Positions 30,647 to 44,585 of a stretch of DNA of 64,000 nt are shown here, piece after piece. Positions within the stretch are counted from its first letter, which is position 1. Each line of letters opens with the position of its first letter. A program made the translations under genes and the position numbers. The stretch is from the human T2T-CHM13v2.0 reference genome, Homo sapiens, in NCBI RefSeq assembly GCF_009914755.1, contig NC_060925.1, one strand, 5' to 3'. The notes beneath the pieces are model-generated. The model had not been told where the DNA came from. It made no database searches and saw only the letters and a program-made list of their open reading frames with translations.

Positions 30647-30705
30647 TGCCCTTTTCCCAAAAACGTATGCCTTTTTTCCAAAAACGTACACTCTTTCCCA
30701 AAATA
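30647..30705 (+). repeat. 21-bp tandem repeat, about 2.8 copies
   Basis: TGCCCTTTTCCCAAAAACGTA / TGCCTTTTTTCCAAAAACGTA / CACTCTTTCCCAAAATA. Confidence 0.85.
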
Positions 30706-31306
30706 TTTAGAAGATCCAAGAAATGGAATCATCAAAGCCAGTCAAATTACCCAAGTGTTTATTATGGATAATCTATGGTATTGTAACATTTTGAACATGC
30801 TAATAAACTCATGAAACTACTAAGGGGAGAAAACAGGAAAGAGTTTCATACTAAAAAATAGAGCTGGCAGGGCCGTGTGTTCAGCTGTTAAAGGATTCAC
30901 CTCTACTACAAGACATCATGAAAAATTACATTTCTCTATTTACATATCTTATCTACAAACTATAAGCTTATTGTGCATACAGTTTTCCTTGATTTACTTT
31001 TCTATTTCTAGCCCCTAACATAGTACCTTTCACAGAGTAGGTCAATAAGTGTTTGCTGACTAAATCAATAAGTGTTAGTTTTCTGTTAGATAATAAAATC
31101 TTCCAAATGACTGATACATTGAGAGAGAAAAATAAAAGAAATGGGAAACTACTATAGTAATAAAGATGGTTAATTACTTAAGTAAGAATTTGCTTTTTCT
31201 TTTAAGACCCAATCAATCCAAGAACTTATTTTTGAATACGCTAGCTTAGTATACAATGATTGCCTAGATGTCAATATACAAATATGGAGATTTTCTTTCT
31301 ATAGAC

Positions 31307-31520
31307 CAGGATTTGCAAACTATGGCCCGTGAGCCAATCCAACCTGATACCTGTTTTGCAAATAAAGTTTTATTGACACACTCCCATAAGTTATGTATTA
31401 TCTATGGCTACTTTCACACCACAATGGCAGAGTTGAGTAGTTGTTATAGACATCTGTGGCCTGGTTCATAAACATAAAGCCAAGTTTATTATCTGGCACT
31501 TTGCAGAAAAAAGTTTGGAG
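31307..31520. mobile_element. MER58A (hAT-Charlie), opposite orientation to the 4817 copy
   Basis: GCAAACTATGGCCCGTGAGCCAA...AATAAAGTTTTATTG...ACAATGGCAGAGTTGAGTAGTTG...CTTTGCAGAAAAAAGTTTG. Confidence 0.82.
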
Positions 31521-31916
31521 ATCAAAAGTAGCTATAGATCATCACTCTCCTATATATCCTAAGCCTAGTTAAATGGCAAGTTTGATTATATGTCTCATAA
31601 CTAAATGAATTTACTAGTCTCTTGATTGTGCCCTTAATAAATCTTTAAGTGGACCATTCATCCAATTGGTCAATAAAACGTCACAACATATCAATCCCTA
31701 TCCTAACACACTGATGGCCAAACCAGTACATCCTGGTGGTAGGGGTATGCCACTTTTTCTGGATGCCATCTCTTAAGCACATTCCAGGATCACATTTTAC
31801 CATTCCATCTCCCATAGAATATGATGCAAGCTGAGGAGAACTAACTATGCATCCAGAGAAAAGTGGCTTTCCAAAATAGTCATGCATGACAATATCAAAG
31901 CATGAATGGAAAGGCT

Positions 31917-32448
31917 GTGTTTTAATGGTACCCAGGATTTGTTTCAATCAGGTACAGACACAGAAATGGTTGTCATAAAGGAAGAAGTTTTTATATTACT
32001 CACAGTCCCCTAGAGACAAGAGGCATAGCATACCATGCAGAGCCACATGGGGAAGCACCAAGGTGAGATGAGCAAGCAGAAAGAGAGAGAGAGAGGAGCT
32101 GTGAATGGGAACCTTTACTGGGTTTCTCATGGGAAGAAACAGGTGAGGCAGGGTAAGCAGCCTTGAGATTGGACAGTTTGAATAATTTTGGTAGGCTCTG
32201 GCTCTAGGGGTGGTCCCTAGTTGTCTAGTACCTGGCCTTGAGGTGATTAGGACAGGGTGATAGTGTCCTAGAGTGGACGGAGGCAGATAGGTTATGTTTT
32301 CTTTGTATATCGAAGGTATGCTTGTAGGTTTACTATCTCTAAGAAACAGCTAACCTAGTGGGGTAGGGGAGGAGACCCTCCTAAGTCAGTAAGACCCCAT
32401 GTGTCAGAGCATCGAGAATACAGCACATTTAAAAATACAGTTGCTACA
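31917..32448 (-). mobile_element. MER74-like ERVL solo LTR
   Basis: GGCAGGGTAAGCAG...GATTGG..AGTTTGAATAATTT...GTCCCTAGTTGTCT.GTACCTGGCC..G.GGTGATTAGG; termini TGT...TACA. Confidence 0.7.
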
Positions 32449-35400
32449 GGTAGCAATGTTTAATGTTGGCTAGATCCAGAACTACCATGTCTCTAGTTCA
32501 TTCTTAGAATCTGGATTGCAGTGCAGGACTTTACATTTTGTTCTGGCGCTGGGCATGGGCTTCTTATTAGCTTTCCTGGGTGGGGGACTCCAATCTGCTG
32601 TTTGTGACTACTTTACTTCCCAGGACAGGCTTAAGCCACAGAAAGGCACAACATTTGGGAGACAAAGGAAGACTGAGTTCTGGGGAAAAGTTTAGTGAGA
32701 TTTCAGGACAAGCGATGGGCCAAAGAGGAGTCAAGAATTGTCAATCAAGAACACATTAATTGAGACAGTAGCAACTCCATTCCAGTTCTGAGAAGGCATT
32801 CATATCCAGGAAAGCATCCCAGCTCAGAGAGTAGAAGAGCATTCACTCTCACCCCTGTCCTTTAAGTCCATGAGACTCCCACACACCACTCAAATCAGCC
32901 AGTTAGGCAAGTACAGCACATCTCTCAATTGTCTACAAAAATCACCCAGAATCATTTGTACGCTGTCCGCTCTTCCTCTGAACTTGCATCTGTCAAATGG
33001 TAAGCTCCCAATTCTATATGTTAACCTTGATTCTGCCTTTGCCCTTTGTACCTGGTGTCTGTAACCAGCATTTGATTTCAACTTTCTTTAAAGAGACTTA
33101 GTGTTGGCTGGCCCCCTGGGTCTTCACCTTTAACCCACAGTTTCACAGTTTCCCTCCTCTCCTCATAGGCTGTTTGGCTGTACCATATGTTCACCTCCAC
33201 TCACCTTATACCTTACAATTATTGAGAAGGGAAGTGGGCATGCCAGGGTAAGATCTCAAGACTTTCGAGTAGAGGCAGAACACAGGTATCCAGAGAAATC
33301 TATCTAATACGCATTGAAGAAGACCAGAGTCAGGCCCAGTCTAGAAAAACAATGCCAACAGTGCCCAAATGTCCAGCTAGGTAAGAGAGTTCTTCTCTAC
33401 CAGGAATGGCAGTTATCAAATAGAAAAACTCCAAATGTCTTGCCAACCCAGACCAGAGATGGAGAGATAGTCAGATGGGGGTCTTACAAAGAATGGAATC
33501 AAGCAGCCATTCTTCAGTACTGCCACTGAAAAACGAAGAGATAAGTTCATCACCCTCCAAAGGCCCATAGATATAACATAGTAGAATATAATCACATTAG
33601 TTAATATTTCTTGAATACTTGCTATATGCTAGGAGTTTAAATTTTTCAAAACTTTTTCAGATGAAAAGGGTAAGGATTAAAGAGGGTGTGATCTGCCTGG
33701 GGTGCCGCATATATAAGGGTGGCTAGGACCCTTTGAGAGTAAAAGCTGAGCTATCGGTAATTATGCTAACCAAATAGAAAAAGCCTGGATTGCCTGGAGA
33801 AAATCAGGGATATGACCATCCTGCATATAATAAGTATTGGAGCTGGTATTCAAACCCAGGCAAATCCTCTTCGGCCCCTCTCCTTACTGAGGCAAGGGTG
33901 TGAATATTATGTCCAGCTACAGCCATAGGTAGAATGTGCCACAGGAGAATGTGCCTGGCAGCCCGCAGGAAGCAGAGTGTTACTTCATGATGAGACCTGA
34001 ACCAGAGATTGACAGTTTGAAAATAGTGAATTGCAAAAGAGAGATTTTTAAAAATTGCAATATCCCAATAACATATGCCAAGATGTTTAATAAGAATGTA
34101 TTTCTTATAATTATAGGAGCTGAAACAAAAACAGAGGTTGCAGGGAATTAGACAAAATTCAGGCAGTTCAATGATTAGAATGGTTCCACATACGCTGAGG
34201 AGTTGCAGAATTGTGACACCCTGGCATCAAATTAGACTTCTACACACCTGCCATATTTTTGCCTCAAAACAGATAATTAAAATATACCTCGATAACATCT
34301 TTATTGTTATAGTGTGTTGAGACCCAATTAATCCAAGCAATAAAAATAGTGATAATGCCTCAGATTTATATGACATCTATTTTTTTTTCAGTCAAAGCTC
34401 AAATTGCTTACCTGGTAATTATTATCTCATGTATGTATGTAGTCATGGAATCATCTGTAGAAAGAAAGGTAGAATATAACTCTCCCTAGTTCTTTGCCTG
34501 CTCCCTCTATTTTATAGTTGGAGGAACTTGATTCTAGCATGCACAAATGGCTTTGCTGTGACCCAGGAGGGAAGACAGAAGAGAAATCTCATTATGTGCA
34601 TCTGTTGATGATACAACCTCATGTCATTAGTCAATAACAGAGTAATCGGCCCCACATTGAACTTCAGTGAGAGCCAGGACAGAAGTGGCTGCATAATGGT
34701 CCCTAGCCCCAATTCTACCACTGTTCTAAAAATTCCCTGATATCTATTTCTCCTTCTGTGGAATGGGAGAAAAAGGTATCTATCTCTTTTTAAATGAAAT
34801 AAGGTACTTTATACAACTCTAAGTGTTATAAATATACAACCAGACATCGTAAGAGTGTCTGTGTAACAGGAAGAGAAACAAAGCCAATTCAGGACAACAT
34901 TCCTGGACCAAGGAGTTGACGTGTCCTAAAGAGAGGAAGGAATACACTCTCTGAGGACTCCTTGCCCTCATTCCCCCATTAACATTTTCACAGCCCTTCA
35001 GAAAAGGGTTCCAAGCTGGATTTCAGACCCTGCTGTTCTCCTCTCCAGTTTTTGCATAGCTCCTTGTTACATTTATCCTAATGCTGGTCTTCAAGGACTG
35101 TCTGCATGATTTCTAGTTCTTCTTCCCTTTGGAAATGAATGAAACATTCTATTCGAAAGAGCCCCATGGCCACAAAAAAAAGAAAAAATTATAGGGCACT
35201 GGTACACTTCACATTTTGAGCCAAATAAGTTCAGATGCCCCCAGGATTTTTCTTTTTTCTCATAAAGTAATGGGAATTGTTAAGTGTTTTTCGAACTGCG
35301 GTTCAGAAGATGCTATGGTCCAATCCCGCAAAGGGCCCGAGGTCTCTCCCAGGAAGCAGTGAATGCAGCTCTCATGGAGCTCCTGATTGCAGAAATACTG

Positions 35401-36129
35401 CTCCCTTGTGTTTCTGTTATTGTTGGTGTGTGAAAGTCAAGAGGGATAGAGTTTTGTAGGTTTGTGCGTAGAAGCCTAAAACTCTTATGCCAAGTCTCCA
35501 CAGTGATGGCATGGCTGGGACTTTTGCCTGCTTTGCTACCATATTAGTTGTATGCATTCCAAATCTATGCATATTTCTGGAACAAAGAGATACAAATATT
35601 GTAATCACTTTCAGGGTACTCCTGTTAGCATCTCTGCTGAATTTTCTACTCTTATTTCACTTTATGACGCAATTTCTATGAAGCCAAAATTAAGGATTGT
35701 CTTTAGTCCGTAAACTCTCCCACTCCTCTATTCAGTATTTCCAGATCCTGAACACATGCCCAAGAGAAGTAAATTTTACCAAAATATGGACAACCATTCT
35801 GAAAAACTGAGGACCCATAAATTATTTACACATGCTAGACATTATCTAAAACTCTATAATATTCTGCATTTTCATAAGAGTTGAATATATTTTGATTGAT
35901 GAGAAGTATTATCTGGATGTTATCACTGTAAGAAATGACCTCATGAGTATAGACTCTACATGATGTTACAAATACAAGTATTCCAGAAAAGTTGGCACAA
36001 GGTGACTGTTATGTGGTTTTGCTGAAATTCAAATCAATTCAAGAAACATTTGTTGAATGTGTACTATATGCCAGCCTGGCCACTACTGCATGTTAGTATT
36101 ACAACAGGGATGAGGAAAAGGGGAAAGGA

Positions 36130-36345
36130 TGAATATTTTCTGGAGCATCTGTTTTGTGTCAATCACCATGCTTGGTATTTTAAGTGCTTCAATTCACATG
36201 ATCATTGAAATAAATATGAATGGTTAATTTTAATTTTCTCTGCTTTATAGATGGGAAAACTGAAGCTTTGATGGATTAAACAACTTTGGTCTTACAACTA
36301 TGAAATGACTGGACAGGGTTTCAAACCTAGGTCTAATCCGAATTG
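36130..36345 (-). mobile_element. MIR SINE
   Basis: TTTATAGATGGGAAAACTGAAGCTT...GGTTTCAAACCTAGGTCT (antisense MIR core). Confidence 0.65.
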
Positions 36346-36901
36346 AATGCCTCTTTCCATTTTTTCTGAAAAGGCTTCCTTGACCCTCCATATTCTGGGA
36401 CTGACATTCCTCCTATGTACTCCTATTGCTTCCTGTTCTTCTCCTGTCCATGTACTTGTCATATTTCATTATAATTGCTTAGTTTATAACCACCCGATAA
36501 ATTTTTTATCAGGAAAGATTTTGGGAGTCTTGTTTGCCTTGGATATTAGTACAGTGACTGGCACATAGTAAGGCCCTAATAACCAACATTGACTAAATAT
36601 ATCATATAGCGTTTCCTCAAAATAAAAATTATACGAGCCATAAAGTTTTCTTTTTGACATGTAAGGAGAAAGCTCTGCAGTGTCCTCTGCTTCCTGTGGG
36701 TCCACATGATCCTACTGAATTGAGGTAAACTAGGCCCTCTATGCAGCAGAGTCACTCTGGCATCACCCTGTTGGCATCTGGTCTTGTCTATTCTAAGTGA
36801 CTACCACCTCTCTACTACCTTTAGTCTGATATAAATGCTTTGAATGTAACCATTTAAGAAGAATTTTTTTTACCATTTTGATTGTACCAGACACTATCCT
36901 A

Positions 36902-37249
<348 letters not shown>

Positions 37250-40200
37250 AAGAATTTGAGCCTCCTTGTAGTCCAACCCAGGGAGCTGGAGAGCCTTTGG
37301 CCAAAGAGGTTCTTGAAACATGTGACATCACCTGGGTGATATTTGTGAGAATGCTCAGTGGTCAATACATTGGATTAACAGATAAAAATGGATGGGGGAC
37401 ACCTACAGCTTCTATAAGTAAAGTCTCCATACTTCAAAATGTGAAGCTGGACCAGAGAATTGTTCAATTCCATTTGACTAATATTCTAAGCTTTGATCCT
37501 GAGCTGGCTAGCCACAGAAGGATAATTCCATAGTCATCTAGCAAATCAAAATAACTGTTCATTTGTAGAATGAAAATAATACCTACACATAACCTTTAGT
37601 TTAAATCAGAGCTGAGATTTTCCACTTTTTGTGGTCACACTACCTAGGTTCAAACTATGAAGTGTATATAAACTGGAGGCTGCAATTGAATTCACTAAGA
37701 AAGCAATAACTATTCCTATCCAAGGTAAAGTAGTCTGAAAAAGTAAATTAAAACTTTTGGGTATAATATTGATATTTAGTTGGTATTTCTTTGTAGCCAC
37801 TACCAGGAAGATCACAAGAGAAATGTCCTATGGAAAGTGCACTATGAAATAGCACCAAAATCTCAAGACACAATCGAAAGGAAAAGATCTCAACTAGAGA
37901 GAAGAGAAAGCTTGAATTTCTTGGTGCTCAATTTATCCCTCTGAAGAATCAGGGCTGCTCTTGAACTAATTTGTAAAATAAAAAGCACATGTAAATTTAA
38001 TGGATTTTATTACATCACAGTGGCAGTATTAACTGCTCATTTAAGGTGGAAAAATAGAATTTCAACTATTTCTGGCAGGAAAAGGACCTCAGATATTTGC
38101 CTAAGAATATTTAGTAGGTTAGTCATGAACTGCATACTGTTAGGAAGACATAGAGTACGGTTCAAAAGTGGGTGATTCAAGAGCCTTGTTTATCTAACAG
38201 CGTGTATTTGAATTATCATTATTAAATTGAATTGCATTGAATGAATAATGAGCCATTTGATAACAATGTTAACTCAGTGAATCAGTATCTGCCTCGACCC
38301 AATCAGATAAATTTTTCACTCATTGAAAGATTTCTGGCCATTTAAGATAAATTATCTAGATCAACCAAAATTTTCAGGCATCCAGATTTCCAATTATGTT
38401 GACTTATTATCTTAGAACTTCAGCATATTAATTAGCAGTTTTATCTCTTCTTTCTGTATTTCTTGTTGTTTTTCCAGAGCTTTGTGTTGGGGTTAAATGC
38501 TGAGATACTTATGTAAATGAATTAGCAAACCCAGTATTCAAAGCTACTGGAATACAAAGCTGATAGAGATAGGAACTCATTCTTGGAGGCTGTGAATAAA
38601 ACAAACTCTCTCCTAAGTTCTTTGGTTCACAGAGATACCCTTGGATTCCCAAGTCCATGTAAGAGTCTTCCTTCTGTCATCAAGAGAAATTCAGCCTTGA
38701 AAAAGGATACTGGAGCCTCATGGAACACTTCACAACTTAAGAAAAAAAAAAGCCAAACGAGGAATTTGGGGCTTCCAGATTGGGACCTTTTCTCGTGGTA
38801 ACTTTTCCATATGCAAAAGTCCTCTCATGGCACAAAGGGTAGAGTTAATTACATCCAGCCAATGCAGTAGGTGATTTTGTGATGTTTGGGAAACAAAGCA
38901 AATTTTAGAGCCAAAACATCGCTTAAAGATCTTCTAGTATATCTTTCTAATTTTAGAGTCAAACATTAAAGCCAAGTTTGATTAAATAACTAGTTCAAGA
39001 TCAAATTCAGTGGCAGAATTAAGAATAGGACCCAGACGTGCTAATTTCCTGATACCCACTATTTTACATCACCATTCCTGTTTTTCCTACTTAACACACA
39101 CACCTTTTATTTTATTTTTTTTAATGAGAAAGAGCACATTTATCCTACCTACCTCTCTTTTGAAAACGTAACATTTTTACCCTCTTGTCAACTCCATCCC
39201 CATCACTTGCCTTCTCTTTCTTTCACCCCTAAGCTATTTATGTAGTTAGAAAAAAATGTCTGAAAGCCTCAAGGAAACCAATATTTCTTGCGACATTCAA
39301 GCCCTCTCCTGTTCTGATGGCCAGGAATTCCACAGTCAGCATTTTTCTGCTGTTTCTATTGAAACCAGAAAGTAAGTGTAGGAGAAAGTTATCTGAAAAT
39401 TTAAGAGCAGCAAGAAAAATAAAAAAGTTTAGTTTAAATTTCGTTCTGGAAGCTATGAACTTTTCTATAACAGAAGGTCTTTCATTACAGTAGTGATAGG
39501 CAGCAGCAAGCTGGACTCACCGGACTAATTGTTGAATAGACAAATATTAATCAACATCACTCGACAATAAGGCTATCACCTCACTGTGCCATGTGGAGGT
39601 CAGCCACCTATCCACTCTATTGGTCAGCTTCCAGTCTGGGGAGAGCATTACTGTTCTATTTCCTGGAGCTCTGTAAAGCAATAAAAGTCTGCTATGCCCT
39701 GGAGAAGAGAGCTATGTAAATATCAGTCAGCGTCTTGATGATAATATTTTGGATTTATACAACTTCCCTACTCCAAGGAGCCATGCATCCATAGGATCAC
39801 TTATCTTGACAGCCTCTCTGCAAACAGAGATGGCAAGTACCATTAACTCCATTTCACAGACGGGAAAGGCGAGATCGAATCTCTACGTTGCTGGGGTCAC
39901 CCAACCAACTTAGGAGTCATAAGTGATGGTGACACTTTTTTAAACAACGTGTTTTAGGCATTTTAAAACACAAAGAATACTTTTTATTTAACATGGATTT
40001 GTCCATAGGAGTCATTGATTTTAATTTGTCATCATTGATTCCTTAGGGACTTTAATATTTTATTTTTCTGGCACCTTCTGGCACTAAAGCTGAGTATAAA
40101 TATTGTGAACTTTACTTAGATGTTGACTCTCTTTCATTTACTCTCAGGGAGTGAAATAAGCTAAGAATCTCAACTAAAATTTTCCAGGTTTCTTGCACTG

Positions 40201-42489
40201 GACAGCAAATTATATATGATACATTGGATGCATGATAGATTATAAAGCACATAGAATTTGGAGCCAGGAATTTAGGTTCAAGTTCTGGCTATGGCCATTA
40301 TAGGTTATAGATTTATTGTTTATCTCATAAAGTTTTATTTTTAAATTTATGATAAATGTATGTGAAAACATTTGATAAATGGTAAAATAATTCAAATATT
40401 TGTCAGTTCTTATAATTTAGATGCCATCATTTAAAAACTATATACTATACAGACAAACTGCTAACCTGTCTTTTGAACAGTGCAGTAGAAAATCAAAACC
40501 ACCACACAAAAGACGTTCCTGCAGGCCATCTTGTAAAGGTTCTGTGGAGAATTACTGAGGGAAAAAAACACTCTGGTTTGTGTGACAGGAAATTCCAAAG
40601 TTACAAAATTTGAAAGTTCAGGTTGAGATTAGTCTCAAACACTTCACAGCTTTTTCAGTATTATATGGTAAATTGAATAGTTTTCTTGTATTACATGTTA
40701 TATCATCTTCAGAAAATCACTTGGTCCTCAGCAAGTGACTTACTCTAAATCACACTCTTAGTAAAATGGCCCAAATTTAGTACATTATCTCTCTCATATG
40801 GGCACTTAAAATGTTTTTCCAGGATTTTTTACATTTTCGATACGTATATAAGGGAAGATTCTAAGCTGTTCTATTCAAAGATTTACCATATTTCCATAAT
40901 ATGATGGTAGCTAGGAATTTCCTTTATTGTCTCTCTGTCCTATTGTTTATGTTTCTTCCAATAACTTGCTTTTCATCATTAGAAACTGATCCCCCTTTTG
41001 AAAATATTTTACTCTATGTCTAGTGACAACACTGTTTTTTATCTTTGACCACAAAGCAGATAACAATTGTGAATGTCATATGGACTACCAAATACAATCA
41101 AATAATTCTGAACCAAGTAATTCTCCAGTCTACTGTCTTTCTAAATAGTGTACCCTAATTATATTAATAGATACATTCCTAACAATTTCTGATTTTTTAT
41201 GTCTGTTAGTTACCCCCCATCACATGGCAGTAATACATTTTAGTCTCTTTTCACATTGCCCATAGGTCCTAGATTTTTCAATAGACCCATAAAATCTCCA
41301 TTGATTATTTTATATGTGGTATTTACATTTAATATTTTGTGAATTAGAATAACCACATTCCTACCAATAAGGAGCGTAAAATCTGAGTACCAGCCCCATT
41401 TTATAGACAGGAAGATGCAGCTAATATTGCTCAGGAAATCATATTTTGGCTACACAACTAAAGTCAGATGAACAAATTGGTTTTATGCCACATGTCATTC
41501 CCAGTGAATGGAGGCAGCACAGTGTAAAGAAGTATTTTGTGGTCAGTTGCTGGGATAGGATTGGAAAACAATGTCTGCCACACCTTGGAAATGAGATGGG
41601 GGGGGAAGGGCACACCCTTCAAAAATTCTTGCCAAACTAACTAGAACAAGTGGTAGATGTCACTGTCGGTTCATAAATTAGAGATTGTGTGAAAGTCATT
41701 TAAAAATTTAAGGTCAACCCTGGAAGCTTGTGTGGATTTGTTATTATGTGCTGCCTCACTGCATAATATTGAAACAATCCTCTTCTAAGGAGTTTAAATA
41801 AATTCCATTTTCCTTGGCCTGACTTTCAGCACTTTTCACTGTCTGACCCAAACTTGCCTTTTCAGTATTATCTCTAACAACTCACTTTATCAAAACTCCA
41901 GTAGAATAAATGATTTATTCATTATTATCCAAATGCACTTTACATTTTCTTGATTCAAAATCTCCCCCATATCTCCCTAAAGGCTTTTTCCCTTTCCTTT
42001 TTATATATTCAGATTATACATTCTTGCAGAGGTGGCCAAAATGGCTCTCTTCCTTATCCAGTTGTTCTCCCATATCTACGGTCTTACAGCATTTATAGTA
42101 TTATTCATTTGGCAATTAATCAGGTGCTCATACTTTTAGTGTATATGTTATTGGCTTGTTTATATCTGGCATTATTATTTAACTCAGCATTTTTCTGACA
42201 TTCAGCAGTAACTAATGTGGACTTTCCTTGACACAGAAAGAAAGAATATCATATTTTTCTTTGCATCTCAATGAAAAAATAATTTTGTTATGTGCTCTTC
42301 AAAGTCCCAGGTTCTAGAAGGGGGGGAAAAAAAAAAAGGAGGCACAGTTAGCAGTACTCCAGGCCTCCATTCCAAATCTAGAGAGATCAATGCCAAGTTT
42401 ACTTAATCCATATTTTGGGGTTCGTACTCCTTGAATGTCTTAACCACCATTGTATACTTCTTTCTGCCATAGCACTGACTTAGTGCTTT

Positions 42490-42700
42490 TTAAGCGAAAA
42501 CAGAGGTAGCAGGGTAGTACTAGAAATAGACCTGAAGTAAGCATAATGAGACATGAAATCTTGACCCAAATTCTACCAATAAACACTTGGGTAATTATGT
42601 ACATGTAACTCAGCCTCTCAGAGCCTCAGATTGCTTATTTGGGAAATAAAGGATTTGGATTAGATTACCCTGAAGATATCTACGTTCTCTTCTCTCCTCA
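42490..42700 (+). mobile_element. MIR SINE
   Basis: CAGCCTCTCAGAGCCTCAGATTGCTTATTTGGGAAATAAAGGATTTGGATTAGAT (MIR core and tail). Confidence 0.6.
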
Positions 42701-43529
42701 CACTCATCTCGCCAAGCCACTCTAACCTGAGAATACAGAAAGTGCTCAGTAAATGTCAAAAGGATAAATCCTGCTAACCTTGGCACAGTTGTCCACCTTA
42801 AAAAAAAATAGTGTATACACACACACACACCATACACACATATATACGTGTATATGATTTTTGTACTTTGATTTTTCTACTTGGAGTCTAGTTTATGTTT
42901 AAAATCATTTACTTCAGTAAATTCAAGATATACCAGTCAGACCAGGAAATAAAGAAAACAAAGTATTCAAAGTACTTATCACCAATTTTTCATAAATCAT
43001 AGCTAGTTATCAAGGGAATGGGCAATGGCACCACTAAGATTCTTCCCGTCTGGGCTGAACCAGGAGGAATGCCAACCAGATCAGTAATAACAGCCTCCTG
43101 AGTGGGGAAAAATGAAGGCTGTTGAATTTTGTATTCTGCTCATTTCTATTTTAGAAGAAAACAGTTGACACTGTCTCATTGAAAAGAAAATGCACTCAGA
43201 TTTCATCATCAAATAGTATTTATTATTAATCCCAGGAGGGTGCACGGGGCTGTGCTAAGCATGCCAATTTGCCTGCCACCTGCTAGTGGCATTTTTATGT
43301 GTAAGAACCTGGTCTTCTTGCTGTTGACGCTAAAGGTGAGAAAGGGCAGTGACAAAAAGATTAAAGGGATGAAAAATAGACTTTGGAGGAAAGGTCACAA
43401 GAATTGCAAAAGGTTAGTCAGAAAGGAGAAAGCAAAGGGTTGCTTGGTTACTGTTTTTCAGCCTAGGGATGGTTTTCAGATGGCGCATTATCTATGAACA
43501 GGTAACCTCTACCACTGCAGAATACCAAA

Positions 43530-43720
43530 CAAGAGGGAATGCATTTAGATTAAGCAAGGGAAATGTTCATTCGCCAAAAGAAATGGACTACTTAGAGAGA
43601 CTGTAGAAGTTCTGTTTGTGGAGATGTTTAAGGAAGAATGGTGATTCACATCTCCTGAGGGAGGGACACAATGGACCAAGTCTGTCTGAAGGCAGGACTG
43701 CGAGCTCTTAGGTCATGATT
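43530..43720 (+). mobile_element. L3/CR1 LINE 3' fragment
   Basis: GAGAGACTGTAGAAGTTCTGTTTGTGGAGATGTTTAAG...GTCTGAAGGCAGG resembles the CR1/L3 3' end. Confidence 0.5.
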
Positions 43721-43939
43721 TGCAGTTATTCTAAAATGATTGCCTTGATTTCCAGGTTCAAGGATCTCCTTGATGTGGAGCCATCACTCTAGCAATACAA
43801 AATCAGGAAAGATTTCACAGTGAAATAAACATCTGAACTGAGCCCGAGTGAGATTTGACAAGTGGAAATACAGAGAAAGGCAATTCTAGGCAAATGAACA
43901 AAGGCATTGAGACATTGTGTATATGGGATAAGTGATACT

Positions 43940-44074
43940 ATGCCTTGTAATCAATGATTCAGACTTTGAAGTTAAGAAATTTATTATTTGAATCTTAGCT
44001 ATACTGCGTATTAGTCACATAGCCTAGGATAAGTCCTTGATTTCTAAACCTCAATGTACTCATATATAGAACAG

Positions 44075-44106
<32 letters not shown>

Positions 44107-44195
44107 ACTTTTACAAAGCTATTGTCAGGATTAATGAGAAGTGTATAGAAGGCATAGCACAGTGCCTGGCACTCAGTAGATGCCTAATAAATGGT
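43940..44195 (+). mobile_element. MIR SINE containing an A28 tract (44075-44102)
   Basis: ATTGTCAGGATTAATGAG...GCACAGTGCCTGGCACTCAGTAGATGCCTAATAAATG. Confidence 0.8.
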
Positions 44196-44299
44196 ATAGT
44201 GATAACACTAATGACAGTTATTATTACTATAAAAATGAAAGCAATTCAATTTAAGTGGGAAATTGAATGTATATGAAAGAATAATGGAAAAATAAGGTT

Positions 44300-44585
44300 A
44301 ATACGGGCCTTTACACACCTCCATATGTTGCATGTGCCTTACAATGAAATACTCCTATTTCTCTGCATCAATCAAAAAGAAATTCCATGAATCCCCCACA
44401 CGAAGTTAGTTGCTTCATCCTCTGCTCCCAGAGCATGGTGAACATGGCTCTGTTAAAGAACTTAGCACAGAGAATTATGTATTTTTGCATGACTGCCAGC
44501 TACATGAGGGCAGGAATGAATCTTGTTGAGTTTTCTAGCCTCATATCCTAGCACAATACTCAGAAAATGTTTGTTAAGTGAATGA
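44300..44585 (+). mobile_element. L2 3' fragment
   Basis: CATGAGGGCAGGAAT...ATATCCCTAGCACAATACTCAGAAAATGTTTGTTAAGTGAATGA. Confidence 0.6.
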
